NCBI GenBank assembly: GCA_036785375.1
Contig: JAWMAR010000152.1
Location: 2,914,001-2,978,000, forward strand
Reading direction: 5' to 3'
Origin: Leucoraja ocellata
Lineage: Eukaryota
DNA: 64,000 bases
The position numbers and the translations under genes were made by a program. Below the pieces are notes generated by a model. It had not been told where the DNA came from. It made no database searches and worked only from the letters and a program-made list of their open reading frames with translations. Shown here piece after piece: positions 39,438-52,915 of the stretch (within the stretch, counting starts at the first letter, position 1; each line of letters opens with the position of its first letter).

Positions 39438-40218
39438 CTGTCAGATATGGAAGGTTAAGAAAAAAATCTCGGCTAACCTACAAATCATTACGGAAAATAA
39501 AATGTGTGAACACGTTGAATTAATTTTCAGTGCCTAATATGAGAAACTCCAATCTTAAATATAGATGTAATTTACAACAAATGTAAATTACCTACCTTTG
39601 GGTACTATTGTCTTCATTTTTATTTTAAGGTGGTTCAAAGTCCACATACAAATGAGCCCTCGCTGAAATGAGGTGGTAAAAATACCAGGACTGTGTACCT
39701 TATAAAAGTTTGGCACCACACAAGGCCATGACGGTCACGTGACCGCCCCCCACTCCACATATATATATATATACGCATAATTCTGGGAGTATACCTCAGT
39801 TTGCTTGAAAGAAGGCTGCGGCAGATTTAGAGAGTTGTAATCAGAGAGTTAAATACAAGACTTAAAGGAAGTTGCTTTGCACCGTATTAAATGGAGGAAG
39901 CTTTGCATGTGGAGGCTGAACTACAAGAGAGTGAGGAACTCCATACCAAATGTAACATTCTTCCTCGGTGTTCAAACTCCACACACAAAAATTGCAGTTA
40001 ACAAGAATTCACAAAAGCACTACAATGTCACGGAAAAGCTACGTCTCTTGGCTTATGTGATCACAAGTGTAACAAGCTCACTAAATTATTGCTGGTATCC
40101 AATAAGAAAAGCAATGACATTTTCTCCCTGGCTCTTTAATCTCAAAGTTTATTGGGTTTAATGGGTGTTATTAATGCTTTACCACTAAATAAAGTTCAGT
40201 GGAATAATGGTGGGTTTC

Positions 40219-40270
40219 TATATATATATATATAGAGAGAGATAGATAGATAGAGAGAGAGGGAGAGAGA
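40219..40270. repeat. Compound (TA)n/(GA)n/(GATA)n microsatellite
   Basis: Direct reading. Confidence 0.9.
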
Positions 40271-43200
40271 ATTACAACTAAGAGGATAAATGAAGATACT
40301 TCCTTTGAATGCAACAGTAAATTAAACATCAAAAGAAACCCAAACATATTTGCTCAAACAAAAATCCAATGGCAATGAGCAGCAATGCTCCCAATTATTC
40401 AGTGTAGATCCTAAGACAAATACTATTTCTGGGTGCATGTGCCTGATTTGGTCCTGTTAATTCCCAAGTTGAAGATGAATTATGGGACCACATCTGATAT
40501 TTGGATCCAAACAGAACACATAAAGTTAGTTAATGGAGCTAAGTGGTACGATCATGAGCAGTAGAGGGGCTCTGGTCATTTCAGACTGCAATTAAGCCAC
40601 AATGGGGATTGCCTGTAAATATTTGCCCGTTTTTTTGCCACTAGTCTGTGTTTGGCCCATATCCCTCTAAACGTTTGCTATCCATGGACCTGTCCAAATA
40701 TCTTTTAAATGCTATTATAGTACCTGCCACTACTACCTCCTCTGGCAGCTCATTCCATAAACCCACCACTCTCTGTGTGAAAAAGCTTACTAATGTCAAA
40801 CTAATTTCCAATTTAGGTATCTGCCATTAACTTCAAGTATCTTTACTTTCCTGAAAAACAAGCAACTGAGAAATCCAATAAATACTTCCAAACTCATGCA
40901 AGCAAATCAGCAGCTGGAGAGAGGATGAGTCCATGCAACTGCAATCAGGATCCAAAAACTCAATCATCGCTAAATGGTAGATCAATTAGGTTTGACAAAC
41001 AGAACAAATTTACCGACTGACCTCAATTTTGCCATGTTGCTAATAACAACTTTGGGTTAGTGCTCTCTAATGGAAACCTCTAGTTGTAGTGGCAGCTATA
41101 GTTTGGAACGTCTACCACATTTTTTCCCTCTCGGTACCTATGGTTGCAAATACACTATTCAATGGACTGCTTTGCTGATTGCACAGTGCCTTGTAACTGC
41201 TGCCTGCTGGATGACTAGAGTGTGTCAAAAAATATATATATTGGTGTTCTAACTGTAGTACAGTAACTACAGCTCCGAGTATACGTGTCTAAGTAATGGA
41301 TATTGCGTTTAGTCAGTTGAATTTTAATGATCCTTTATGGCCTAGAATTCAATAGAGTTATGCAGAGAATTCAGATAGCATTTTGGTGCAGAAAAATTAT
41401 AGAGCCTATTTCAGGACCAAAGCTGGTTCTGCAAAACATGGAAAGGACAGAATTTTTTAAAAGCAAGAGTAAAAGCTGCAAGAGAAATCATAAGTACATA
41501 AAGTAATGCTGATGCATTCTCCTGCAAGCATCATACAATTAAACCGCATAACAGCTTAAAAATAACTTTAAAATAACCTTCTTTCCACAAGGTACTGGAA
41601 CCAACAGCAAGAGTGCAAACTGAGAAATACTTCCACAACAAAGCTTAGATACATTACATCACCTCTCGCAATTAGAATAGAGCAGTCCCATTGGTATGGA
41701 TGCACCAAGATACAAAGCATTCCATCTTTGTGATTTTTTTTCAGTTTGGACAAAAAGACGACTTATCGGTATGTGGAGGCTGAATTCATGAAACATTGCT
41801 CTGCCCAGATTTCTTAAAATATAATCATCAATACATCAGCCTAAGTGGCATCAAAATACAAACTCCAAAAGATAAAGGATGCAGAGCTTCCAGTTTACAG
41901 AAAACAATAATTTTGTCACATCAGTTTTGTAATAGTTATCCCAATAACTAACCAAATGGAGTATCGAGCACATACCATCAACAAGATGCACTAAATCAAT
42001 TCATCTAAATTTTAACAGAATCCCCCAAAAGGAAGTGGCAGGTGCATCTTTTCCTAAAATCCCACATCATTCTGATTTGGACATGTATGGTTGTTTCTTC
42101 TTCGCTGCTGGGTCAAATTCTTGGAGCTTTACGTCAGGGACTGAATGCTACAGTTTGAAACATCAGCTCACCAGCACATCAAGGGTAGTTTTGGATGGGC
42201 AATAAACAGCAACCTTGCCAGCAACATTCAAACTCATGAACGGATAAAAATCTGGATTCATTTAATCAGCAGAGTGCAGACGTACATTAGAGTTTAGGAT
42301 GAAGATGTCAGATGAAATTAACCATTCTCTAACCTACCTCGTAGAGAGGTGCTACCTAGTTTTGCCCACACCTCCTTTACTCCATTTACCTTCTTCATTT
42401 GAATTCCTCCAAATAAGATGTCTGGAGATCTTACTCATAAAATTCGGTGTCATTTTTAACATAAAAAAAAACTGGCAACAGATCATCTTAAACTCCTCAA
42501 ATAGCAGAATTGCCATCTTCTTGTCCATATTCAAAGTTAACTTGGAAATGAAAATAAATAGTTGGATCAAAACCTGACCAGAAATGATGTAGGACAGAAA
42601 AGGTGACTAACAATGCATTTAAACCAGAGGAGGAAGTCGGCTAGCAAAAAAAAAAAAACCAACAAGGGGTTAGCAGATGGAATCCAATTCTGCTATATCC
42701 TGACCAAACTAATATATGCCAGTTGTAGTGCTGCAACATGAAGTCTCAAGTTAGTCTAATTCCTTAGTGGTGTCATCAGTTTAAAACAAGAAAACAATGC
42801 TTTATACAATGCTTTGATGCAACGCACTTATAATCATTACATTCACTGGTAAGAACAATTTTGCATATAAATACGGAGATAAATACGCAAATATTAATAC
42901 AAAGTTAACAAAGAGATGCAATTAATAAGCAATACAATAGAAAATGCACAATAGCCACTACAAACAGTATCTAAATTAAACACCAATTATAATGCACATA
43001 TTCATTATTCTTGTAAACCACCAAAGTTGTCTCAAACCTGCCTGTGGGATCTTGGTGCACAGAGAATAGCAAATGCATTTCGCAACACATGTCACAATAT
43101 TTCAGTTATTCATTGTATGTGAAGTGCTTTGAGACATTTGAGACACATGATAAGATAACAACACTATTAACACGTAGAGCCTCTGAATTTGGGAGGCGAG

Positions 43201-43759
43201 CAAGAAAAGCAGGAAAGGAAGTTTTAAAGAACACACAAGACTAAATTAAAATGTACAATTCATGTAACTGTTGAGTCTCAGCCTTTTGGGACAAAAGTAA
43301 ACAGAATGTTCAATCAATCCATGCTATAAATAAAACATTTAGAACACTAGCAGCTACAAAGTCTAGGTTGACAGAACTGAGGATCTGTCAGGATCAAAAC
43401 AGTGTCCTTTTTGAAGCAGAGTAAATTCCATGAAACGTACAGACTACACACAGCAAGGAATTAGACAACTTTACAAGTACTGAACGCGAGTACAGTCAAT
43501 TCTTAAATGAAGCAATCTTTCACCACCATCACTATTCTCACCAAAGAGTAACAAAAATGTGTGCACCATCTCTTTGACTATGATCTCTTGATTAACTTTA
43601 ATAACATATAGTAATCACCCTCAATTAAGAACAGTTAAAGTGAGGTTTAGATAGAAAGGCATCTGAAATCAGAGTAGCAACTTTGCCTAGGTACAGGTAA
43701 TTATTTTGTCAAATGGAGTGCTCTCCATACTTGCCACCTCCTAATTTGTATCGAACACA

Positions 43760-44640
43760 CTCAGTTTGCGCCAATGCAACAAGTACTGCCCCTACACCAC
43801 GCCAACGTAACTGGCCTGGCCCCCTTTCTACACCAATGCAGCCACTCGGACTTGGTTTTGCGCCAATGCAGCTGCTCAGACTGTGCTTCGTGCCAATGCA
43901 ACCCTTTAGACCGTGCTTCATGCCAATGTAACAGCTCAGACTGTTTCGCACCAATGCAACCACTCAGACTCAGTTTCCCCAACAACGCATAGCTCAGACG
44001 CAGTGTTGCGCCAATGCAACCGCTCAGATGCAGTTTCGCGCCAATGCAACCGCTCAGATGCAGTTTTGCGCCAATGCAACCGCTCAAACGTAGTTTTGCG
44101 CCAATGCAACCGCTCAGATGCAGTTTTGCGCCAATGCAACTGCTCAGATGCAGTTTCGTGCCAATGCAACCGCTCAGATGCAGTTTCGCGCCAATGCAAC
44201 TGCTCAAACGCAGTTTTGCGCCAATGCAACCGCTCAGACGCAGTTTTGCGCCAATGCAACCCCTCAGATGCAATTTTCGCGCCAATGCAGCCGCTAAGAC
44301 AGGTTTGCGCCAAATGCAACTGCTCGGATGCAATTTTGCATCAATTCAACCGCTAAAATGCAGTTTTGCGCCAATGTAACTGCTCAGATATAATTTTGCA
44401 TAAATGAAACCACTATGAAACAGTTTTGCGCCAATACAATTGCTCAGACCCAGTTTTGAGCCAATGCCACTACTCAGCCAATTTTGTCATTACAACCGCT
44501 ACGCCTAGATTTGCATAAATCTAAACACTCAGCCCAATTTTGCGCCAATGCAAACCCCACAACCCAATTTTGCACAAATTCAAACTGCACAGTCCAAATT
44601 GGCGCCAATGCATCTAGCCTAATTTTGCACTAATGCGCTT
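43760..44640. repeat. 30-bp minisatellite, ~29 units
   Basis: Consensus GCGCCAATGCAACCGCTCAGATGCAGTTTT; homogeneous core ~44005-44275, degenerate flanks. Confidence 0.95.
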
Positions 44641-45725
44641 CGGATGACCGACTCAACAGCGATGCAACCGGTCCGACCCCATTCTGCTCCAAAGCAACCA
44701 AACAGAATGCCTGAGCGTAAAAACAAAATGATAATGTCCCTTTTACAACAGTACAAAGGGTTAGAGCTTTGTATGGAAATTTAAAACATATTAAAAAGCT
44801 TATATGAAATGAAGTATTTTATACTTTCATCGCTTACCAATCAGAAAAAGACTTAACTAAGAATGCAATTAAGAAAACTGACGAACATTCACAAGAATTG
44901 AAGAGAGTACACTTTAGATTTCATTACTGGTGTGGCAGTTTTAGGCTGATTTAAACTTGAAGCAACAATACACTGATGAGGCTCTGGGGTAAAGCTGAAC
45001 TTGGAAACTTATACCATGACCCCGAATCTGAGACCAATGACAGCTACATCAGTTTCAGTTAAGTCTGCAACAACCAGGAACAAATGTATACGTTGCCCTC
45101 ATTATTCTGCTTCCAAAGAATACCAAGATCCAAACAATCAATGTTAAAATCAGTTTGATGTCGCCCATTTTAAGAGAGAATGTGCAAGAACCACCTGAAA
45201 TAAAGCACTGTTGGTTGCAACTAAAGCATTGGAAGGAATTATTTAACAAACACCAGAGGCTCCATCACAGGCATGACATTATTGAGAGAGACTTACCGTT
45301 TACCTGAATAATTCCACCTGATGGTCTGGCTAAGAATATGAATATGCTGCTGTGATAATAGTATGCCAATTACTTTGTAGCTTTGAGAAGAACTCAACAG
45401 TTTATGAAGAAAGATCAGCAGCAATAGAAATAAAATTACAAATATAATTAACCCTAACGTCAAATTCTGTACATTTCCATCCAAATACCTATTAATATTC
45501 GATTACAATTAAGAAAACAAATGACATTCACAACATTTTACGAGGAATGATTAAGAAAGAATATAATGCAGAATTGCTAATGCAAAGGACTTAGAGACCA
45601 GACGCATGGACAAATCACTTAGCTGCAAACTCGGCATCATGGCATATTAATCTTCAAGACGTTTTTCTCTGAGAAATGTCGTCAGAGTTGAACAATCACC
45701 TATGTGCATAGTAAAATGGCAGTAC

Positions 45726-45859
45726 CTGCAGATATGCTGGAAAGGAATCCTCCAACTTGCTTTTCTTTCGGCGCTGCCGTTTCTTTGCTTTCTCACCTAC
45801 ATCTGGTCCTGCCATAGGTATATCACTGGCGCTCTCGGGTGGAAGTTCCATCTGAGTCC
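45726..45859 (-). CDS. KMT2D: KMT2D exon (134 nt)
   Basis: GTQMELPP..EKAKKRQRRKKSKLEDSFPAYLQ. Confidence 0.92.
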
Positions 45860-45912
45860 CTATCAAATCAAGAGAAAATGAGCAATGATAAGGATTAGGA
45901 AAGCTCACCTAA

Positions 45913-46072
45913 TGCCCCTGCCCCACCCAAGGTTTCCATGTGGTTCCTGGAGGTTTTTGTCAGTCTCCCTACCTGCAACCTCCGGCAACCACCAGGAACC
46001 GCACGCAAACCTTGGGTGGGGCGCAAAGTCTCCAGAGGTTTCCGTTCGGGTTTCCTAAGTGGGGCAGGGGCA
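45913..46072. mobile_element. PIF/Harbinger-type MITE (160 bp)
   Basis: TAA|TGCCCCTGCCCCAC ... GTGGGGCAGGGGCA|TAA; 14-bp perfect TIR; TAA TSD. Confidence 0.85.
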
Positions 46073-46961
46073 TAACCGCTCTCAAGCAGTGCCAAGCAGC
46101 TGCATCATGAGTGAGAGCTACTAATTCTAGATTAACGACGGCCCTTCATGCTAATAGTTCAGTCCGTTACACTAAAATAAGATTTAAATAACATCTGAAA
46201 ATAGGTGTAAAAGGTCATCGGTTCTCTTGGTTTAAATACAAGTAGAAGCTGGTTATACTGATTTTAAACTGCACTCTTAAGAGTAGGATTCTTCTTCAAG
46301 GTTCAATCAGAACTTGGAAGGTACAGCCACAATATTAAATTGTTGCGGCAATTGGCAGCACTTCCATTCCAGATCATAGCTTGGGCGCAACTAACAATGC
46401 AGTACAATCTTGAGCCGGAGCCAAAATGCATCTCTTTTCATGGCTTTTGAAATTTTCTGTGGGCAAGCACGAGTGTCCTACAGTTTTCTTCAAAGCTCAG
46501 AGCTTGAAAATGGTTCTGAGATTGAAGGACAGTATTAGTTGCAGAAACCTTACATTACTCCACTGCTGGACAGTCTGTGTTTTCCTAAATTATAACATTT
46601 TATTAAAATGTAATTGACACAGACTATGGAGAATAAGAACTGTGTTTCCACCACCCCCACTCCCACTGTAGGTAATCTTCCCATCACATTTTAGATAAAC
46701 AAGTGAGATGGCAGACCCATTTGTAAGATTAAGAAACCCTTCCATCCTAAGAGGCAAAACAAGTCAGTTTACAATGTGTAGCCCATAAATCTGTCTTGGA
46801 ACAGTGGCTAAATATGTAGCTCAAGTGATTTTAAAACAGAACAAAGCCTTTGGCCTGAAGGTGTATTAATTCGTAAAAATCAATTTACAAACAGCTAAAA
46901 CTTCACACAAGCCATGCAGCAACTCCATGTCTATATTGTTCTTAAAGAGATGTACACACAC

Positions 46962-47081
46962 CTTCTTCTTTGTTGCTGTCAATATTTGGACAGTCAATGG
47001 ACATTCCAGGCTGTGTCACTGACATTTTATTCAAATTCTTCATCCGTGACTGCCTCTGACGGACCATAAATCCACCAATTC
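46962..47081 (-). CDS. KMT2D: KMT2D exon (120 nt)
   Basis: GIGGFMVRQRQSRMK..NKEE. Confidence 0.9.
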
Positions 47082-47195
47082 CTAAAACAAAAATCAGAAG
47101 TGTGTTTGTTCTGTCTTCTTAATACCATTTACTTTCCCTTTCATAATTCACCCCTATTATTTAGCTTTACCAGTCAAGATATGGTGCAGCAGGCT

Positions 47196-47994
47196 AATTT
47201 TGGTGGCAAAAACGGGAAAGCAGACTATTATCTAAATGGTGGCCGATTGGGAAAGGGGGAGATGCAACGAGACCTGGGTGTCATGGTACACCAGTCATTG
47301 AAGGTAGGCATGCAGGTGCAGCAGGCAGTAAAGAAAGCGAATGGTATGTTAGCTTTCATTGCAAAAGGATTTGAGTATAGGAGCAGAGAGGTTCTACTGC
47401 AGTTGTACAGGGTCTTGGTGAGACCACACCTGGAGTATTGCGTACAGTTTTGGTCTCCAAATCTGAGGAAGGACATTATTGCCAAAGAGGGAGTGCAGAG
47501 ACGGTTCACCAGACTGATTCCTGGGATGTCAGGACTGTCTTATGAAGAAAGACTGGATGGACTTGGTTTATACTCTCTAGAATTTAGAAGATTGAGAGTG
47601 GATCTTATATAAACTTACAAAATTCTTAAGGGGTTGGACAGGCTAGATACAGGAAGATTGTTCCCGATGTTAGGGAAGTCCAGGACAAGGGGTCACAGCT
47701 TAAGGATAAAGGGGAAATCCTTTAAAACCGAGATGAGAAGAACTTTTTTCACACAGAGAGTGGTGAATCTCTGGAACACTCTGCCACAGAGGGTAGTTGA
47801 GGCCAGTTCATTGGCTATATTTAAGAGGGAGTTAGATGTGGCCCTTGTGGCTAAGGGGATCAGGGGGTATGGAGAGAAGGCAGGTACGGGATACTGAGTT
47901 GGATGATCAGCCATGATCATATTGAATGGCGGTGCAGGCTCGAAGGGCCGAATGGCCTACTCCTGCACCTAATTTCTATGTTTCTATGTTTCTA
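47196..47994 (+). mobile_element. CR1-clade LINE, 5'-truncated, young
   Basis: RDLGV..KANGMLAFI..LYRVLVRPHLEYCVQFWSP..EGVQRRFTRLIPG; one TAA at 47610; (TTTCTATG)n tail. Confidence 0.92.
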
Positions 47995-48404
47995 AAGACA
48001 TTCCAATAAATATCAACCAAAGAGGGTAAAGGGAACACTTTGTTCAAGCTGCAGCCATGGCATCCTGTCAGTTTCCTTCAGTTAGTTATAACCCATTCCA
48101 TTAGCACGTAACAAGGCGTACAAATGCAGCATTCTGATTGGAAACCAAACATGGATTGCTTCTTTTAAATGAACCGTAAAAAAAAAAAAAAAATGAATGC
48201 TGAATTATGCCATTTGCTTGCAGATTTAAATTAAATTGAGAGGAACAAGTCTACTGGATAGGTTGGGCCTTCCAATAAGAAATAGAAACCTTAATAATAA
48301 AGTATGCTATCAAATAGACATCAAAACATTTTAAAAAGCTTTTTGACCTGCTTGCAGGAAAGTTGCTTTTATAAAGGGGTTTTGCAACACGACATGTCAC
48401 TTAC

Positions 48405-48548
48405 CAGGTCGGTATGGCTTCCTCTTCCTCTTTTTCCCTTCTTCAGATTCCTCACTTATTTTTCCGGGATTGTTTACTGCACACATGTCATGTTCCTGGC
48501 AGACAGGTGCATCAGGTTTTATGTCACATTCTCCTGGTTCCATGGCAA
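48405..48548 (-). CDS. KMT2D: KMT2D exon (144 nt)
   Basis: VAMEPGECDIK..EEGKKRKRKPYRP; CTG|gtaagt donor. Confidence 0.9.
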
Positions 48549-49455
48549 CTTTAAAAGAATCAGAACGCAAACCGCAAATTCAGTCAAATCAAAAAACAAA
48601 ATTTACCATGGGACTTAGCACAGATAAGCAACTCCATTTAATTTTTTCTCCCGATTCTTTAAAATCATTGCAAAAGACTTCAATCTGTATAGTCCTCATC
48701 CGCATCCACTACATGCAACGGATTTTACTATTTTTGTCCCGTCAGTTCTTCAATTGTCGAATGTTCAAAATAAGTGCTAACTAAAATAAATATTTTTTCG
48801 ATCTACATATTTCACAATTTGGTTACATGTATCCACTATTCTTGTTTGTCTGTGAATGGTTTCATGATTTTTTTTTAACTTGGCCTCTGAATCCACCCTT
48901 TTGGGAGAAGCTGAGTTGATATTTTTGTCTGGAGGTGTGAAGCTGCAAGACAAATTTGGATTCTGCCATCTGAAATCTTCAATGGATCTAACTTCCAGAA
49001 TGAACCATAGTATGCAAGGGTTTCCAATTAGCTTCCAGTCTATGCTAAAAAAAACTAAAAAACAACTTCACATTGAAACCGTTTTAAAGGCACAATTCAG
49101 CATTTCTCTGAATTTTTGTTCCAGAAAAGCAGTGGTTTAAACCACATATCTGTTGTAACCCTTGTCCCGTGTTCCGTCAACAATGGGGGGGGGGATGAAA
49201 GTGCAGCTTTCTTCATGCAAATGTCATCTCAATACTTTGTTTTTTGTTTTTTTTTTAAAGTTAGGCTTTTAAGTTAGCTCAATACCTCAGTGGAGATTTT
49301 GTTGACAATTAGAAATTTGTTGACAAATCGAAAGAGAAATCCCAACTTCTAAGATTGCACTAGATTACAAGTTTTAGAAATAAAAATCTGCGAAAAGAGG
49401 TTTAACATTATGGAACAACACAGTTTTCAAGGTAACTACACAATCTCCATCTCAC

Positions 49456-49668
49456 CTTTTTCCTCCTCTCCATCACCTTCTTCTTTCTTTATTTCTATAG
49501 ATGAGCCATCTATACTGACCAACATTGGTTCGCTACATGGGTTTGAAGGTTTGTTCTTTAATTTTGGCTTTGGTCCTTTCTTGTGCGGTGGTGAGAGTAC
49601 CATACTTCGGAACTGTGACATTCCTGATTCCGTCAGCCATACTCCATCCTGATTATAAAACCGTGGTT
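49456..49668 (-). CDS. KMT2D: KMT2D exon (213 nt)
   Basis: EPRFYNQDGVWLTESGMSQFRSMVLSPPHKK..EEEK. Confidence 0.92.
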
Positions 49669-49762
49669 CTACAAACGAATATATTAAGTCTACAATAAAT
49701 TTAGCATAATAAAAGAACCAAACAGTGTGAACATAAACTCCTCAAATAAAATAGGTGCTCAC

Positions 49763-49813
49763 CTGGATCCTTCACTTTGATGATAGGTGTAATCACAGGG
49801 GATTCACTTCGAA
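49763..49813 (-). CDS. KMT2D: KMT2D exon (51 nt)
   Basis: tttacag|TT..CCAG|gtgag; VRSESPVITPIIKVKDP. Confidence 0.88.
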
Positions 49814-50223
49814 CTGTAAATACAAATGAAACTAGGAACCCTCATGCCAAATATCAAAAACTAAAAACTAGAAATAGCAAGCACATGTCAATAATTTGAT
49901 TAGCTTGGAGACTCGCCCAATAAAGCAACAAGAACTTTAACACTACATTAAAATGCATTTCAAGAAACAACATGAATTCCTTAAAAGATGGATAAACATG
50001 AAGAATTTTGTGGTGTAATATCCAGAGTACAGATCTGACTGCATTGCAGGTTTTCATCACCTGCAAAATAAGGCAACTCAGTCTTTTTGTCATGAAGTTG
50101 AAGAGAGTTGCACAAATACATTGAAAAACTATTTTAGAATTGCAATCTGGTTTTTATCTCCAAATTAAGTAAAGGATTGTCACTACATTCCAAGTACTGA
50201 AAGTGGCCAACACTGTCACTCAC

Positions 50224-50333
50224 CAATCGGACGGACCACAAATGGCTCACATGCAGTACAATCAAAGCCCTCGTCTGCCGCTTGCTCCACTTCCTCTTCG
50301 GTGAAAAGATTTTCACAAATTGCATGGACCCAC
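50224..50333 (-). CDS. KMT2D: KMT2D exon (110 nt), end of second PHD cluster
   Basis: WVHAICENLFTEEEVEQAADEGFDCTACEPFVVRPI. Confidence 0.95.
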
Positions 50334-50896
50334 CTGCAAGCAACAATCCGATTATATTTATGAAAACATAATTCAGACAACTGATGCACCAGCCAATCAC
50401 TTTAAACGTTCCTATTATTCTTTTCATTTACAATGAGTGTTGAAAGGGTTAAAACCATTGTGCCGTCTCTAAAGTCCATAACAATTTTGCACTCTGAGCT
50501 CAGTGTAGGCAATAACCTGAGAATATCACAGTCGTAATATAAATAAATTGAAGCTTCCATACTTGGCTATTATCGGCAGTCAGGCCCGTCACTAAGCATC
50601 TGGCTTTCCATGCAACAGAGTTAAGAGGTACCAATAAATTCTGCCAATGCACTCTATGGGATTATTCATTCAAAGATCAATTTCCTTCCCCATCTTCAAA
50701 ACAGTCATTCCTCTCCCCTCCCCCCCCCAAAAAAAACAAAATACTATGATTTTTAAGGAAAAGCTAGATAAACAAATGTTTTTTTTTAATACTAACATTT
50801 TATAGTATACAAATTACACACTCAAAACGATGCAACGTCAGGACAATATAAAACTTGGTTTATGAAACTAGTGGTACCTATATTTCTCTGGCCTAC

Positions 50897-51061
50897 CTAT
50901 CACAATGGTGACACTGTATGAGAAGGTCCTCTTCTTCATAGTCTTCATTGCAGCTTGGACAAGTAACAAGGCTGCCACAAGGTGCACAGTGAGTGTAGTT
51001 ATTCTGCCATTCACAATGAAAACCAGGTGTTGTGGCACCACATTGTGTACAGCAAACACAC
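50897..51061 (-). CDS. KMT2D: KMT2D exon (165 nt), second PHD cluster
   Basis: CVCCTQCGATTPGFHCEWQNNYTHCAPCGSLVTCPSCNEDYEEEDLLIQCHHCDR. Confidence 0.96.
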
Positions 51062-51340
51062 CTGTATGACAAAGTATGAAGTTACACTTTCATATTTCCT
51101 TAACATACAGAATCATATTTCCTTTACATATGGAAAAAAAACAGTTGATACTCCCCAACTCTGAGGAGGATGTTCAATTGGCTTTAAACACAAGGGTTGG
51201 GTGGAGGAAAGAATGGAGGGAAACATCCAAGACTGTGGTCACAAATATTGCAGAGTTAACTGTATTCAGGGAAAAAATGTACTCACAAATGAAACATTAT
51301 TTGTGTGTGCTGTCACACCAAAAATGAATTGTGCACTCAC

Positions 51341-51522
51341 CACTTGCATTTCCAACCACCCTTTGGTACAGTTTGCAATGGTGGATCCAGGCAGTATGTG
51401 TGGTAACTTATATCGCAATCATCACACAACAATAAACGAGCAGGATCAGATGCTTTGCCACATGCTTCACACACAATACATTCCAAGCAACGCCATCCTT
51501 TGCTCAACATGACTTTTGTGAT
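51341..51522 (-). CDS. KMT2D: KMT2D exon (182 nt), second PHD cluster
   Basis: [61 protein letters not shown]. Confidence 0.97.
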
Positions 51523-51654
51523 CTGCAAGGCAAACAGAAGGGTCAGAAAAACACACGGTTTTATACAGCATTCTGATGAAAGATCAGAATAAACTCAAAA
51601 TTGACAGTGTCTGTCACAAACGACGATTTGAAATATATAATGATGCCAATGATA

Positions 51655-51988
51655 CAGTAAAGCTCCAATAATACAGCAGGTTCAAACTATAGTGATGCCA
51701 GACTATCAGAATTTCTGGACTGGAAGGGTCGAGATGGCCTGTTTCCGTGCTGTAATTGTTATATGGTTACTCTATTCTATTCGCATTAATACTTCAATGC
51801 ACTCTTAATTCGTTATTTTCCACGGGTTATATGTTGGAATGATAAATGTTCCTGTAAATTTTAAGGATGCGCAGGTACAGGAGTCTTGGTGACCATTAAG
51901 GGAGCAGAGGGACCAGAGCCCCGATGATCTATGTGCCGCATCTTTAGGATTTCCGATTTGTCAGATAATGATTATCAGAGTTATACTG
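51655..51988. mobile_element. Old Tigger/pogo-like MITE with a short CR1/SINE tail inserted (~51725-51770)
   Basis: TA|CAGTAAAGCTCCAATAAT versus reverse complement of the right end CAGTATAACTCTGATAAT. Confidence 0.5.
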
Positions 51989-52307
51989 TGTTACTCTCTT
52001 TACATTTTGTTTTAATATTCTGGGAAAAAATTACCCTGCATCTGACATAAAAAATGCTGCTGTTGTTTGATATGGTGCACAAAAGATTTCCATGTTTTTT
52101 TTGCAAAGATGCACGCAGAACAGTCTTTAGTTTGTACCTGTGTGCTGCCACTGGATGCATTAAAAAAAGGGTTTCATGGATGCAAATATTCAAGCAGTTT
52201 TTCAAAAAATAAACAGGTTTATTGTATTTTCTCTCCATACCAAAGCATCAAAAGAGGAAGCTTGGTTCTTGGTATACTGAATGATCTCCATTGGAGATGT
52301 TCAATGA

Positions 52308-52449
52308 TTTAAGAAGGAACTGCAGATGCTGGTAAATCGAAGGTACACAAAAAGGTCTGAAGCAGGGTTTCGGCACGAAACGTTGCCTTTTCTTTCGCTC
52401 CATAGATGCTGCTGCACCTGCTGAGTTTCTCCAGCATTTTTGTGTACCT
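52308..52449. mobile_element. Penelope-derived partial hairpin with degenerate hammerhead
   Basis: AAGGAACTGCAGATGCTGG..GGTCTGAAGCAGGGTTTCGGCACGAAACGTTGCC..TTTTTGTGTACCT. Confidence 0.8.
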
Positions 52450-52732
52450 ACCATTTTATTTTATTTATTTATTTCATAACTTATTAAAACAAGAAAATGT
52501 TGCTGTTCAAAGGGTGGTCTTATGCTGGTACTTCTTTAGCCTGCTATGATTTGCTCATCCTTTATTATGCAGAAGCATCTGGCATTAATTGTGAACCGCT
52601 GGTCAATGTGCAATGCAACAGGTCTTTATGTGCAAAGAATAAATAACTCTGCCTTCATCCTTGTTAAATGTTTAATAACCTCATCACTGCAAATATAACA
52701 ATCATCAATCTTCTTTTTTTCTTCCTCCATAC

Positions 52733-52837
52733 CTTGCTATTGACGCAGTACGGATGATAGCACTGCCCACACTGTGAACAGGCCAACAGTTGTCCTTCTA
52801 TTCCCCGTCCAAAGCTCCCACATACCACACACATATC
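52733..52837 (-). CDS. KMT2D: KMT2D exon (105 nt), second PHD cluster
   Basis: DMCVVCGSFGRGIEGQLLACSQCGQCYHPYCVNSK. Confidence 0.96.
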
Positions 52838-52896
52838 CTGAAAAATAACAAAACCGTAGCATTACAAGTTATTCTGAAACAAATCCTCTAAAAAAA

Positions 52897-52915
52897 ACAC
52901 ACACACACACACACA
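52897..52915. repeat. (AC)n microsatellite
   Basis: Direct reading. Confidence 0.85.

Noticed and set aside
43761-44379. ORFs of 121-190 aa with Cys-containing decapeptide repeats
   Set aside because: By-product of a stop-free 30-bp tandem repeat; open on both strands, no splice context
43760-44640. CRISPR-like periodicity
   Set aside because: Head-to-tail repeats with no unique spacers, no cas genes, vertebrate intron
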